A DNA stretch of 64,000 nt from an uncultured Gammaproteobacteria bacterium (GCA_963775565.1 CAVZJP010000001.1:50828-114827), one strand, 5' to 3'; positions 41,326 to 51,295 are shown, counted from the stretch's first letter. Notes: a model not told the origin generated them from the letters alone. Program-made: numbers and translations.

Positions 41326-41745
41326 CTATTTCGAGCCTGACTTTTCGGAATCGGAAATGCTGGCGGCCGGCAATTTCTGGCCGGTATCGAGCAAGGTGAT
41401 GGATTGCAGGCGCCCGCCATGGAAACCGTCGCGCAGCGGATTGAACTCGACGCTGACACGATCGCCGGGTTTGACCGCATTGCGCGTCCAGCCACTGCGC
41501 GTCAGCACACCCGGACTGGTGGCTTCGATGCTCCACTCCTGCGCTTCTCCGCCGCCTTCGGGCTGAATCATCACCCAGATGACGCAATGCGGATTGCTCC
41601 ACTGAAATTCCTTCACGCTCCCCTTGAGGGTCACTGTCTTGCCGGTGTCATACACGGCAAACGAGTGGTGCGCCTGGACCGGCCAGCATGCCGCGACGGC
41701 CGCCACGATCAAAACGCCCAGCGCTTGTTTGCTGAGTCGCTTCAT
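41326..41745 (-). CDS. Small secreted protein, DUF6152-like
   Basis: The internal start MKRLSKQALGVLIVAAVAACWPVQA is followed by HHSFAVYD ... WSNPHCVIW. The start overlaps the upstream stop (ATGA). The family call is from memory. Confidence 0.5.
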   Translation of the reverse strand: MKRLSKQALGVLIVAAVAACWPVQAHHSFAVYDTGKTVTLKGSVKEFQWSNPHCVIWVMIQPEGGGEAQEWSIEATSPGVLTRSGWTRNAVKPGDRVSVEFNPLRDGFHGGRLQSITLLDTGQKLPAASISDSEKSGSK

Positions 41746-42618
41746 TTGCCGGAACCCACCGGAACGCCATTGTGGAATTTGACGGGCGCAAAAATCGCGT
41801 GCCCGTCCTTGTCGACGGACTCGCGATAGCGCTCCTGTTCGCAAACTCCTTCGGCCAGGTCGAACTTCTGCTCCCGGTGGCGACGATATTTGCGCGTCGT
41901 CTTCCAGGTCTTCTCCAACAGTTTGTTCGCGGTGATCTCAAGATCGTCGGCCAACGTGTCGGCATCCAGCAGGTGCAGCCTCTCTACAATGTGCATGTCG
42001 CCGTCATTCGGCAACCCCACTGCTTCGTTGACCGCAAGATAGACCTCGGGAAACAACGCGATCGTGTCCACCACCAACGTCTGCCCCTCCCAGTGTCCAA
42101 TGGAGTGGCCATGAAAACTCGGATCCGGATCCGCCGGGTGCGCCCGCCCGTCGGTGTAGATGCGGCGCAGACGGTTGCCGTCGCCCTCACCGAGCAACGT
42201 CACGCGTCCCGGGGTCAGCAACAGTTCAAAAGCATTGTGCGTGATGAGCATATAGCTCGGCATGCCGGTCGGAAAGCAGTGATCGATGACCGGGAACGGC
42301 CGCCCGGCCTGCTTCTTCCGCGTACATATGCGCGATCTGCTTGGCAATCGCGGGCTTCCACGGCGGCGGGTTCGTGCGCTCCTGCGTGAATTGATCGATG
42401 ATGACCGGTGTCCATATACCGCTGAAATCCGGCAGTTTCGCGAGCGCCTGCCAGTCCTGCAATGTGGGCGGCTGATTGATCGGACCGTGGTCGGCCGCAT
42501 TGGCGCTGCTGGCCGCCAATGCCGCGACGCCGGAAAATACCAGGATGCCTGCGAACAGCGCACCACCCACGAACAGAGCGCCGCCAAGAGCACGGGCGCG
42601 AGAATTAAAGTTACCCAT
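41742..42618 (-). pseudogene. Secreted hypothetical protein, frame broken by one extra base near 42297-42310
   Basis: ORF 42226..42618 encodes a signal/TM segment and PPTLQDWQALAKLPDFSGIWTP ... HMYAEEAGR. It continues in ORF 41742..42626 as PFPVIDHCFPTGMPSYMLITHNAFELLL ... The span is 877 nt (3n+1). Confidence 0.5.
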
Positions 42619-42659
42619 GCATCCAAAGATTACCGGAAGCCTCGCGCAAGCGCCCAGAC

Positions 42660-44825
42660 TTATTTGAACCGCACCATGAAGCAGCGATGAATTCGCGCAT
42701 GGCGTTCGAAATCCTTCGGGATGGTCGCGGCGCTCAAGTCCTCGATCATCAGATCCTCCAAGGACTGCGAATCCAATTTGAAACGCGTGTAGTTGGTGGA
42801 AAACACCAGCCGGCCTGCGGGGCGCAGCAGTTTCAACGACCTGCGGATCATTCCCACGTGATCGCGCTGCACATCAAGCACGCCCGCCATGCGCTTGGAG
42901 TTGGAAAAAGTCGGCGGGTCCAGAAAAATCAGGTCGAAGCGCGGACCGCGCTCGCCTTCTTCCTCAAGCCACGCCAGGCAATCCGCGCGGAACAATTGAT
43001 GCTCATCGCCCGTGAAACCATTGAGCAATAAATTTTCGTGCGCCCAATCCAGGTAAGTATTCGACAAATCGACGCTGGTGCTGCTGCGTGCCCCGCCGGC
43101 GGCGGCATACACGGTGGCGCTGCCCGTGTAGCAGAACAGATTCAAGAAATCCGCGTCCTTGGCGAAGGAGAGCAGCATCCCGCGCACCAAGCGGTGGTCA
43201 AGAAACAGACCGGTATCCAGGTAGTCGCGAAAATTCACCCAGAACTTGAGGGAGCCTTCGCGAACCGCGTGACGTTCCGCATTGTCCTCGCGTTTTTCGT
43301 ACTGTTCGGCGCCCTTCTGCGGTTTGCGCACCCGTGAATGAATTCGTGCCGCCGGCAACTGCAAAACCTCAGGCAGTACCGCCAGCACCTCGCGCCGCCG
43401 CTCGCGGGCGCTTTCCTGATTCACCGTCCCCGGCGGAGCATATTCCTGCACGTAGGCGTGCCGCCCCTCCCGGCCATATAAGTCGATTGCAAACGCATAT
43501 TCGGGCATGTCGGCGTCATATACCCGGAAACACTCGATGTGTTCGCGCTCGGCCCAAGAATTCAAGCGCTGCAAGTTCTTGCGCAAGCGATTGGCAAACA
43601 TCTGGGCGCCGGGACGGTCTGCCCAATCTGCGCGAACTTCTTCAGCCGGTCGCTGCATGTTGGCGTCGGTCAACTCGAAGCGCAGCAGCCGGCACTCGAT
43701 CGTACCGTTGAAAAAGCGATGCGTGCGTTTCGCGTAAATACCCAGGTTGCGCGCCAGCGGCGGATTGCCCGTGAGGATGGCTGCCTGCCAGCCTTGAAAT
43801 CGATCGCGCAACACCGTTCCCAATTCCGAGTACAGCGCCGGCAGCCCTGTTTCGGCTCCGATCCGCTCGCCGTAGGGTGGGTTGGCCACGACCAGGCCGG
43901 TTTCACCTTTCGGCCGGATCTGATCGGCGAGCGCGCGCTTTTCCACATGCAGCCAATCCGCAACCCCGGCCTGCTCGCCGTTGGCGATGGTCATGCGCAC
44001 GGCCTCGGAATCGCTGTCGCAGCCCAGGATGCAGCGCCTCACCTCGCGCGCCGAGCGCCGCCGCCGTGCATCCGCACGTAGACTCTCCCACAATTCGCTG
44101 TCGTGACCGCGCCATCCCAAAAAGCCGAAATACTCGCGATCCATCGCCGGCGCGGCGTCCGCCGCGATCAACGCCCCCTCAGTGAGAAAAGTGCCGGAAC
44201 CGCACATGGGATCCAGCAGCATTCCGCCGGCTTGCGCGATCTGCGGCCACCCGGCGCGCAGCAGCACCGCGGCCGCCACATTTTCCTTGAGCGGCGCGCG
44301 GCCGCCCTCGCTGCGGTAGCCGCGCCGGTGCAGGCTTTCTCCCGAGAAATCCAGCGACACGAGCGCCGTGCGGCCGTCCACATGCAGGTGCAGCAGCACA
44401 TCGGGGCGTTCCGGCTGAATATTCGGCCGCTCTCCGGTGGAATCGCGCAGATTGTCGCAGACCGCGTCCTTGAGCAGCTGGGACCCGTAAATCGTGTGCC
44501 TGATGGCGTCGTTGCCGCCGCTGCAATCGCATGCGAGAGTCGCCCCGGGCTTGAGATGTTCGCGCCAGTCGATGCGCTTTACGCCTTCGTACACGCTCTG
44601 TGAACTCACGGCATCGATGGATCCCAGACTCAAGAGCACGCGGGTGGCCGTGCGCGACCACAGACAGGTGCGATACCCGACCTCGAGCACGCCTTGAAAC
44701 TTCACATCATGGCTGCGCTCGCGAATATCCACGGCGCCGAATTGGGCCAGCTCTTCGGCCAGCACCGAGGCTGCGCCCACCGGCGCAGTTGCAATCCAAT
44801 AGCGCACGTTGTCGCTCACGCGCAC
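42660..44825 (-). CDS. rlmL: Bifunctional 23S rRNA (G2445-N2)/(G2069-N7) methyltransferase RlmKL
   Basis: The 721-aa ORF has THUMP plus two SAM-MTase modules (LLDPMCGSGTF, VVANPPYGER, FLNLFCYTGS, IFLDPPTFS). An alternative GTG start at 44819 would give a GTGA overlap with the upstream stop. Confidence 0.88.
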   Translation of the reverse strand: MRVSDNVRYWIATAPVGAASVLAEELAQFGAVDIRERSHDVKFQGVLEVGYRTCLWSRTATRVLLSLGSIDAVSSQSVYEGVKRIDWREHLKPGATLACDCSGGNDAIRHTIYGSQLLKDAVCDNLRDSTGERPNIQPERPDVLLHLHVDGRTALVSLDFSGESLHRRGYRSEGGRAPLKENVAAAVLLRAGWPQIAQAGGMLLDPMCGSGTFLTEGALIAADAAPAMDREYFGFLGWRGHDSELWESLRADARRRRSAREVRRCILGCDSDSEAVRMTIANGEQAGVADWLHVEKRALADQIRPKGETGLVVANPPYGERIGAETGLPALYSELGTVLRDRFQGWQAAILTGNPPLARNLGIYAKRTHRFFNGTIECRLLRFELTDANMQRPAEEVRADWADRPGAQMFANRLRKNLQRLNSWAEREHIECFRVYDADMPEYAFAIDLYGREGRHAYVQEYAPPGTVNQESARERRREVLAVLPEVLQLPAARIHSRVRKPQKGAEQYEKREDNAERHAVREGSLKFWVNFRDYLDTGLFLDHRLVRGMLLSFAKDADFLNLFCYTGSATVYAAAGGARSSTSVDLSNTYLDWAHENLLLNGFTGDEHQLFRADCLAWLEEEGERGPRFDLIFLDPPTFSNSKRMAGVLDVQRDHVGMIRRSLKLLRPAGRLVFSTNYTRFKLDSQSLEDLMIEDLSAATIPKDFERHARIHRCFMVRFK

Positions 44826-46243
44826 AGGGCACTGTTGCGTAAATCATGCCAATCGAGAGCGGGGTGATTTGAGAAGTAGCGCAGCAAGATCTTGTAGACA
44901 TCGACGTCGAACTTAGGCGGCGAGCGCTGCGTGCGAAACGCATCAAGTTCTTCCGCCGATCGGGCGCTTCCCAAGTACGTCCAGTGATCGAGCACATGCA
45001 ACTCCGCGCCGAGGATTCCGTCAGGCGCGGTCCGGCCGCGCTCGCGCAGCGCAATGCGGCCGGGAAAGGGCCAACTCTTGATTTTCAACGAGGACAACGC
45101 CAGCTGAACCCGCGTCCGATGCAGCACGAGCGCTTCCTTGCCCACGCACGCGCCTTTGCACTTTCCGACAGCCCACGCGAAGCAGGAACCCGAGCTCTCC
45201 TCCAGGCCCAGGATCTTGAGGCACAGTTGCCGCGCCCGCGCGATATCGCCAAGCGCCTTGCGCGCATCCTTCTCGCAATGAAACACACCGAAGCTTCGCG
45301 CGAGATCTTCGGGCTCGATGGAATCGATGCGTTGCGGCGTGACTCTTCCCGAGTCATCCGCCGCCAGCCGCAATGTTGCGGACTCGGCGCTCTCCCTGCG
45401 GCGGCGGTTGTAGAGCGGCTGCCCGAGCTTGAACCACGCAGCTTCCAGCAATAGGGCCCCGAGTTCTCCTGAGGCGGGCGCCCAATCAATGCGCCGCACC
45501 TGCGCCGCCAAGGTCGCTTCCCCGGTGCCCGCGCGCCGGTCGTCAAGCTGGTTCAGCACGTGCGCGCGCAGCGAGTTGCTCCTGCCGATATACAGCAACT
45601 CATCGTTCGGACCGAACAAGCGATAGGCGCCAGGCGCATCCGGCAATTCGTCAGCCCATTCCGGCGGCAAATGCGCCGGCAACCGAGGGGTGGCGAGCCT
45701 GGAACGGGTCTGCGCGTCGCGAAAATCGGCGTCTGGAATCTCACGCCGCAGCTTCAACCAAAAATCCCGGAGCACCTGCGCATCGCCGAGCGCGCGGTGC
45801 CTGGATTCACAGGTCAGGGCATGGCGCTCCATGATCGCGTCCAGATTGTGGCGAGGGTGCTCGGGGAAAAGGCGCCGCGACAATTTGACGGTGCACAAGA
45901 CCTCGGCTGAAAAATCGACGCCGAGCCTGCGAAACTCCGCGCGCAGGAACGAGTAGTCGAAACGCGCATTGTGCGCGACGAAAACCGCTCCTTGCAGCTT
46001 CTCGAGCACCAGCGCGGCGACTTGCGCAAAGCGCGGGGCGCCCGCAACCATCTCATTGCTGATGCCGGTAAAGACCTGGATCGGCCTTGGAATCTCGCAG
46101 CCCGGATTGATCAACGAACTCCACTCGTCGACGACTTGGTGCCCCTCCATGCGCACGATGCCGACCTCGGTGATCCGGTCATAGCCGGCACTGGCGCCCG
46201 TCGTCTCCAAATCGACGAATACGAGGCGATCAGCCGCGTCCAT
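44816..46243 (-). CDS. DnaQ-type 3'-5' exonuclease fused to GIY-YIG nuclease domain (Cho-like excinuclease)
   Basis: The internal start is MDAADRLVFVDLETTG. DEDDh motifs are present (HNARFDYSFL, HRALGDA). A GIY-YIG region follows: GAYRLFGPNDELLYIGRSNSLRAHV. Confidence 0.75.
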   Translation of the reverse strand: MDAADRLVFVDLETTGASAGYDRITEVGIVRMEGHQVVDEWSSLINPGCEIPRPIQVFTGISNEMVAGAPRFAQVAALVLEKLQGAVFVAHNARFDYSFLRAEFRRLGVDFSAEVLCTVKLSRRLFPEHPRHNLDAIMERHALTCESRHRALGDAQVLRDFWLKLRREIPDADFRDAQTRSRLATPRLPAHLPPEWADELPDAPGAYRLFGPNDELLYIGRSNSLRAHVLNQLDDRRAGTGEATLAAQVRRIDWAPASGELGALLLEAAWFKLGQPLYNRRRRESAESATLRLAADDSGRVTPQRIDSIEPEDLARSFGVFHCEKDARKALGDIARARQLCLKILGLEESSGSCFAWAVGKCKGACVGKEALVLHRTRVQLALSSLKIKSWPFPGRIALRERGRTAPDGILGAELHVLDHWTYLGSARSAEELDAFRTQRSPPKFDVDVYKILLRYFSNHPALDWHDLRNSALCA

Positions 46244-47099
46244 CGAGCGTGAGCAAGGGATAGTACAGGTCAGGTCGCCGGTCCCGGAACACGCCCCAAG
46301 CCTGCCGGTAGCGGCGAATCTCATCCAAATCGAAGGAGGCGGTCAGCACCGATTCGCTGGCGCGATCCGCTTCGGCGACTTTTTCACCGGTCGGCGAGGC
46401 GATGAATGAGGAGCCGTAAAAGGTCATCGTGTACTTCTCGCCCTTCTCCGTGCCGATACGATTCGACGCCACGAGCGGCACAATATTCGCGGCAGCGTGA
46501 CCTTGCATGGTGCGCTGCCAGTGGCCGCTGGAATCGATGGTGGCATCCTGCGGTTCCGAACCGATCGCCGTGGGATAGAGCAGGATCTCGGCGCCCGCCA
46601 GCGCCATGCAGCGCGCCGCCTCCGGGAACCACTGATCCCAGCAGATGGCGACGCCCAGCTTGGCGTAGCGCGTCTCGAAGACCTTGAAGCCGGTGTCGCC
46701 GGGCGAGAAATAGAATTTTTCGTGATAGCCGGGGCTTTCGGGAATATGCGATTTGCGGTAGTGCCCGAGCACCGCGCCATCCGCATCGACCACGACCACG
46801 GAATTATAGAACGCGTTATTGGTGCGCTCGAATACGCTGATGGGCAGCACGACGCCCAGCTCGCGCGCCACGCTGCGAAAATGCTCCACCGCGGGATGCC
46901 CCTCCAGCGGCAGGGCGAGTTCGAGGTGCCGGGCAATGTGGTCCTTGCAAAAATACGGCGTCTCGAACAACTCTTGCAGGAGGATGACCTGCGCGCCGCG
47001 GCCGACCGCCTCGCGAACAAGCTTTTCGCCGCGCGCGATATTGGCGTCGCGATCCCAACTGCACGCCATTTGCGTGGCCGCTACCGTTACCGTGCTCAT
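46230..47099 (-). CDS. aguB: N-carbamoylputrescine amidase (nitrilase superfamily)
   Basis: MSTVTVAATQMACSWDRDANI ... LLQELFETPYFC ... VAICWDQWFPE, containing the Glu-Lys-Cys triad residues. Confidence 0.88.
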   Translation of the reverse strand: MSTVTVAATQMACSWDRDANIARGEKLVREAVGRGAQVILLQELFETPYFCKDHIARHLELALPLEGHPAVEHFRSVARELGVVLPISVFERTNNAFYNSVVVVDADGAVLGHYRKSHIPESPGYHEKFYFSPGDTGFKVFETRYAKLGVAICWDQWFPEAARCMALAGAEILLYPTAIGSEPQDATIDSSGHWQRTMQGHAAANIVPLVASNRIGTEKGEKYTMTFYGSSFIASPTGEKVAEADRASESVLTASFDLDEIRRYRQAWGVFRDRRPDLYYPLLTLDGRG

Positions 47100-47166
47100 G
47101 AAGAGTGATTATGCCACCCGAAGAGCGCCGATTCGTACCCGAAAGCCGAACTATTCGCCGCGGCGG

Positions 47167-47715
47167 TTAAAAGGTCGGCGGCGAGCTCGCGCTGACGATT
47201 TCGCATTCCTCGCGGCCTAGGTTGCGGAAGCGATGCGGCAGGGAACTCTTGAAATAATATGCGTCCCCGACCCCTAGAATGCGCGATTCGCCGCCCACGC
47301 TGACTTCGATTTTGCCCTTCACGATCACGCCGCCTTCCTCGCCGGTGTGGGTGAGCATCTCCTCACCGGTGTCCGCGTTCGGGGAATAGCGTTCATGCAG
47401 AATCGACATACTGCGTTTGGCCAGGCGGCCGCCCACCAGGCGCAGCTCGACACTCGCCGTACCGATATCGGGCAATTGCTCGCGCGGGAAGAACACCTGC
47501 GGCTTGCCACCCAATTCCAGGGTGAAAAAATCGGCAAGCGCCATCGGAATGCCGTCCAGCACCTTTTTCAACGAACCGACCGAGGGGCTCACGCGATTCT
47601 GCTCGATCAGGGAAATCAGCCCATTGGTCACGCCCGCCCGCTTCGCCAATTCGCGCTGCGACAGCCCGTACATCTGCCGCACGGCCTTAAGATGGGTACC
47701 GACGTCCAAGCTCAT
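47167..47715 (-). CDS. XRE-family HTH plus cupin transcriptional regulator (PuuR-like)
   Basis: The N-terminal HTH_3 domain reads LKAVRQMYGLSQRELAKRAGVTNGLISLIEQNR. The C-terminal cupin reads GEEGGVIVKGKIEVSVGG ... GDAYYFKSSLPHRFRN. Confidence 0.8.
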   Translation of the reverse strand: MSLDVGTHLKAVRQMYGLSQRELAKRAGVTNGLISLIEQNRVSPSVGSLKKVLDGIPMALADFFTLELGGKPQVFFPREQLPDIGTASVELRLVGGRLAKRSMSILHERYSPNADTGEEMLTHTGEEGGVIVKGKIEVSVGGESRILGVGDAYYFKSSLPHRFRNLGREECEIVSASSPPTF

Positions 47716-47717
47716 AT

Positions 47718-47735
47718 TGTCTATTATAATAGACA
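47718..47735. promoter_or_regulatory. Perfect 18-bp AT-rich palindrome TGTCTATTATAATAGACA, candidate operator in the puuR-like/aminotransferase divergent region
   Basis: Read directly: the reverse complement of TGTCTATTA is TAATAGACA. It lies 3 nt upstream of the regulator start codon (47713-47715) and 77 nt upstream of the aminotransferase start. Confidence 0.5.
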
Positions 47736-47812
47736 GATTGGGCTAAAGCTCGGCAATTATTGAGCTGAGTGTCGATTTTCCTTATCATCGGCGCCACCGC
47801 CCGTCGATTCCA

Positions 47813-49169
47813 ATGTCGCAAGGACCGATCATGAATGCCCAGCTCACACCCGCCGTAAGAACGCCCGATCTCGACGCGTTTTGGATGCCGTATACCGCCA
47901 ATCGCCAATTCAAGGCCAATCCGCGCCTGCTGGCGCGCGCGCAAGGCATGTACTACTGGACTCAAGACGGGCGCGAGGTTCTCGATGGCGTCGCCGGCCT
48001 ATGGTGCGTGAATGCCGGTCATGGACGCCGCGAAATCACCGAGGCGGTCACGAAGCAACTCGAGACCATGGAGTTCGCGCCCACTTTCCAAATGGGGCAT
48101 CCGATCGCTTTCGAACTGGCAAACCGCCTGGCCCAGATCGCGCCGCCCGGCCTCGATCGCGTGTTCTTTACCAATTCCGGCTCCGAATCAGTCGACACGG
48201 CGCTCAAAATCGCCATCGCCTATCATCGCGCCCAGGGCAACGGCCAGCGCACGCGCTTCATCGGCCGCGAGAAGGGTTATCACGGCGTGGGCTTCGGCGG
48301 CATGTCGGTCGGCGGCATGGTCAACAATCGCAAAGTCTTCGGCTCATCGATGCTGCCGGGCGTCGATCATCTGCCGCACACGCTGGATATCGGGCACAAC
48401 GCCTTCTCGCGCGGATTGCCGCAGTGGGGCGCGCATCTTGCGAACGAGCTGGAGCGGCTGATCGGCCTGCATGACGCCTCGACCATCGCCGCGGTCATCG
48501 TCGAACCGATCTCCGGATCCGCGGGAGTCGTGTTGCCGCCGGCGGGTTATTTGAAGCGGCTGCGGGAAATCTGCGACAAGAATGACATTCTGCTGATTTT
48601 CGACGAAGTGATCACAGGCTTTGGCCGGATCGGAAAACCCTTTGCCGTCGCTGGCGTTTGATGTCACCCCGGATCTGATGACCACTGCCAAAGGCCTGAC
48701 GAATGGCGCAGTGCCCATGGGCGCGGTATTTTCCCATCGCAAGATTTACGACGCACTCATGAAGGGTCCCGAGAATTCGATCGAGCTGTTTCACGGCTAT
48801 ACCTACTCGGCGCATCCGGTCTCCTGTGCCGCCGCGCTGGCGACACTCGATGTGTATGCGAAAGAAGGGCTCCTGACGCGGGCCGCGAGCTTGGGCGGGC
48901 ATCTGGAAAACACCCTGCACGGATTGCGCGGCCTTCCGCATGTCATCGATATCAGAAACTACGGCCTGATCGGCGGCGTCGAGCTCGAGCCGCGGCAAGG
49001 CAAACCCGGCGCTCGCGGCTACGAGGTGTTCCTCAAATGCTTCGAACGCGGCGTGTTCGTGCGTCAGACCGGCGATACCATCGCCATGTCGCCGCCGCTG
49101 GTCATCGAGACCAAGCAGATCGATCGCATCGTGGAAACCCTGGGTACGGCGATTCGCGAAACAGCCTGA
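47813..49169 (+). pseudogene. Class III omega-amino acid:pyruvate aminotransferase (BauA/SpuC-like), frame broken by one extra base near 48644-48648
   Basis: ORF 47813..48661 encodes [18 protein letters not shown] ... [11 protein letters not shown] ... [17 protein letters not shown]. It continues in ORF 48621..49169 with [25 protein letters not shown] (PLP lysine) ... GYTYSAHP. The span is 1357 nt (3n+1). Confidence 0.85.
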
Positions 49170-49209
49170 TTCCGAAGAAGCCTGCCCGCGCAATCGATCG
49201 GACAGGCTC

Positions 49210-49572
49210 CTAGGATTTGGGTTCGAAGATCGAATACCACTTCTTGCAGGGTTCGGTCACTTCCCAGATGCCCTCGAAACCGGCGGGGACGACGAAGGCG
49301 TCCCCCGCCTTCAATTCATGTTTTTCCCCCGACGCCGATTCGATGCGTACACGTCCTTCGATGATCACGCAAAATTCGTGCTCGGTGTAGCGAACGCGCC
49401 ATTTGCCGGCGGTACTGGTCCAGATCCCGCAGAAAAATTCCTGGCTCGCGTCGGTGTATTGATTCGATGCCCTCGTTCGCGGAATTCCGGCAAGAATATT
49501 CTCGGGCGAAGGGTTGGCGGACTCTCCGGTCTGAAATCGATCGAGAACCACAAGCTTGGGATGCACGCTCAT
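49210..49572 (-). CDS. Cupin domain protein (DUF861/EutQ-like)
   Basis: The 120-aa ORF reads GIWTSTAGKWRVRYTEHEFCVIIEGRVRIE ... GDAFVVPAGFEGIWEV. Confidence 0.6.
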   Translation of the reverse strand: MSVHPKLVVLDRFQTGESANPSPENILAGIPRTRASNQYTDASQEFFCGIWTSTAGKWRVRYTEHEFCVIIEGRVRIESASGEKHELKAGDAFVVPAGFEGIWEVTEPCKKWYSIFEPKS

Positions 49573-49609
49573 GGCCTATCGTAGGCTGAGGGTGCGCGCA
49601 TAAACAAGT

Positions 49610-49642
49610 GCGGCCCGGAGCATAGGCCACGCTCCGGGCCGC
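49610..49642 (-). terminator. Rho-independent terminator candidate downstream of the OmpA-like gene
   Basis: An 11-bp perfect GC-rich stem (GCGGCCCGGAG / CTCCGGGCCGC) with an 11-nt loop starts 13 nt after the stop. On the transcribed strand it is followed by ACTTGTTTAT. Confidence 0.55.
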
Positions 49643-49654
49643 CTCATCTCATTG

Positions 49655-50440
49655 CTATCCATCGCAGCCGGTGCTTTCGACCTGCGCGACTGCCGGCGCG
49701 CTCTCCATCTGAAGCGTCAATCGCACCTTTCGTTCCAGCGCGTAGCCATCGTCGTCGGATGCGACGCTCTGGCTCTTGCCGTAAGCGTTGACCTCCAGTA
49801 CATCCTCCCGAACTCCCGCGGCCAGCAAGAGGTCGCGCACTGCATTGGCCCGATCCTGCGAAAGCTTCAAATTCGTGTCGATGGTTCCGCGCGGATCCGC
49901 GTAGCCATCCACCCGGATCTTGAGGGCCGGCGATTTTGCGGCCGCCTGCGCCAACATCTGGATCTGATGGGCGATATCCGGCGTGATCTCGGCACTGCCG
50001 GTGCGAAACAGCACATCGCCTTGCAACCCGTCAAGAATCTCGGCGCCGTCGCCTTTGGCGGATTGCACGCTTGCAATCTTTTTCGACAGATCATCGAGTT
50101 TGCCGCTCAAGGTTTGATTGCTATCCGCAAGCTGGGTGTTTTGATCCGCCAAGGTCGACTTTTCCGCCTGCAACGCCGACTTGTCATTCTCCAGCAAGGC
50201 AACCTTTGCCTCTGCCTTCGAGGCCTCGCCGGCGCGATGAACCCGGTTGCCGAGCCAGGTCCCGAGACCGGCACCCACCACGGCGCCAATGGGGCCGGCC
50301 GCAAACGCTCCGATGATCCCGCCGGCCAGAAATCCGACCGGCTCCTGTGGAGGTGCGGGCTTGGGCTCCCCGGCCAAGGCCACACCGCAGAGTCCCATCA
50401 ATCCAATCGTCCAAACCCATCTGGAATATCTCGTGCCCAT
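49655..50440 (-). CDS. OmpA-family peptidoglycan-associated protein with glycine-zipper and coiled-coil N-terminal region
   Basis: A signal peptide and a Gly-zipper (GGIIGAFAAGPIGAVVGAGLGTWLG) are followed by a heptad-like segment. The C-terminal OmpA-like domain reads VLFRTGSAEITP ... IRVDGYADPRGT ... NLKLSQDRANAV. Confidence 0.75.
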   Translation of the reverse strand: MGTRYSRWVWTIGLMGLCGVALAGEPKPAPPQEPVGFLAGGIIGAFAAGPIGAVVGAGLGTWLGNRVHRAGEASKAEAKVALLENDKSALQAEKSTLADQNTQLADSNQTLSGKLDDLSKKIASVQSAKGDGAEILDGLQGDVLFRTGSAEITPDIAHQIQMLAQAAAKSPALKIRVDGYADPRGTIDTNLKLSQDRANAVRDLLLAAGVREDVLEVNAYGKSQSVASDDDGYALERKVRLTLQMESAPAVAQVESTGCDG

Positions 50441-50581
50441 GACAATCTCCTCGCTGCGCCACTCGAGGCGGCGACCGCCGCCTCATGGGTGCCATTACGG
50501 TCCTCGATTAAGGCGGCGCACCCCTCAAGTCGTGGCAAATCATGGCGAAGCGGCGATGAATGAGGACTGAGAAGCTAAGGC

Positions 50582-51295
50582 TCAGGCCTTCAGCGAGAAA
50601 GGCGTGAAGTTCGTGTCAATATCGTAATAGTCCTCGTTTTCGGCTTTCTTCAGGAAGGCGACCACGCGATACGTCAGGGGCGTGGCGAGGATCTCCCATC
50701 CACTCTTCAATGCATACTGCGTGAACATGATCACGATCAAGTGCGCGGTCGGCGTGCGACCGTAGAATGCGAGCAGATAAAAGATGACTGAGTCCACCAA
50801 TTCGCCGCACAGCGTCGAGCCGATGATGCGGCTCCACAGCCAGCGGCCGCGCGTCCAGATCTTCATTTTCGCGAGCACATAGCTGTTCACGAAGGTGCCG
50901 CATACGAAAGCGGTGATCGAGGCCACCACGATGCGCGGGGTGTTGCCAAAGACCGCTTCGACCGCCGGTTGGTTGGCGAGCGACGAGGTGGAAGGCGGCA
51001 AATTCACCACGACCGCCGCCATAATTGATGCAAATGCCAACGCCGCAAATCCTGCCCAAACCACGCGCCGGTCGCGCGCGTAGCCATACACCTCGGTCAA
51101 GATGTCGCCGAAGATGTAGGAGATCGGGAAGAACAAGACGCCCGCGAGAAAAGTCACGCTCACGCCGAGAATCGGCAGCTGAATCGTCGTTTCTTTTGCG
51201 GGCCCGATGAGATTGGAACAGAGCAGAACGCAGACATACGCCGCCATCACGAAATCGTAGTACTTGAATTGACGCGGTTTGGATTCGGCGGCCAT
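50582..51295 (-). CDS. yhhQ: Queuosine-precursor transporter family membrane protein (YhhQ/DUF165)
   Basis: The internal start is MAAESKPRQFKYYDFVMAAYV. Further sequence reads FFPISYIFGDILTEVYGY ... LCGELVDSVIFY, in a multi-TM protein. Confidence 0.7.
   Translation of the reverse strand: MAAESKPRQFKYYDFVMAAYVCVLLCSNLIGPAKETTIQLPILGVSVTFLAGVLFFPISYIFGDILTEVYGYARDRRVVWAGFAALAFASIMAAVVVNLPPSTSSLANQPAVEAVFGNTPRIVVASITAFVCGTFVNSYVLAKMKIWTRGRWLWSRIIGSTLCGELVDSVIFYLLAFYGRTPTAHLIVIMFTQYALKSGWEILATPLTYRVVAFLKKAENEDYYDIDTNFTPFSLKA

Noticed and set aside
50465-50484. GC-rich hairpin GAGGCGGC-gacc-GCCGCCTC between yhhQ and the OmpA-like gene as a terminator
   Set aside because: On the transcribed (minus) strand it is not followed by a U-tract, and it sits only about 25 nt upstream of the OmpA-like start codon. 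I could not decide between a weak terminator and a 5'-UTR structure, so it is not listed as a feature.
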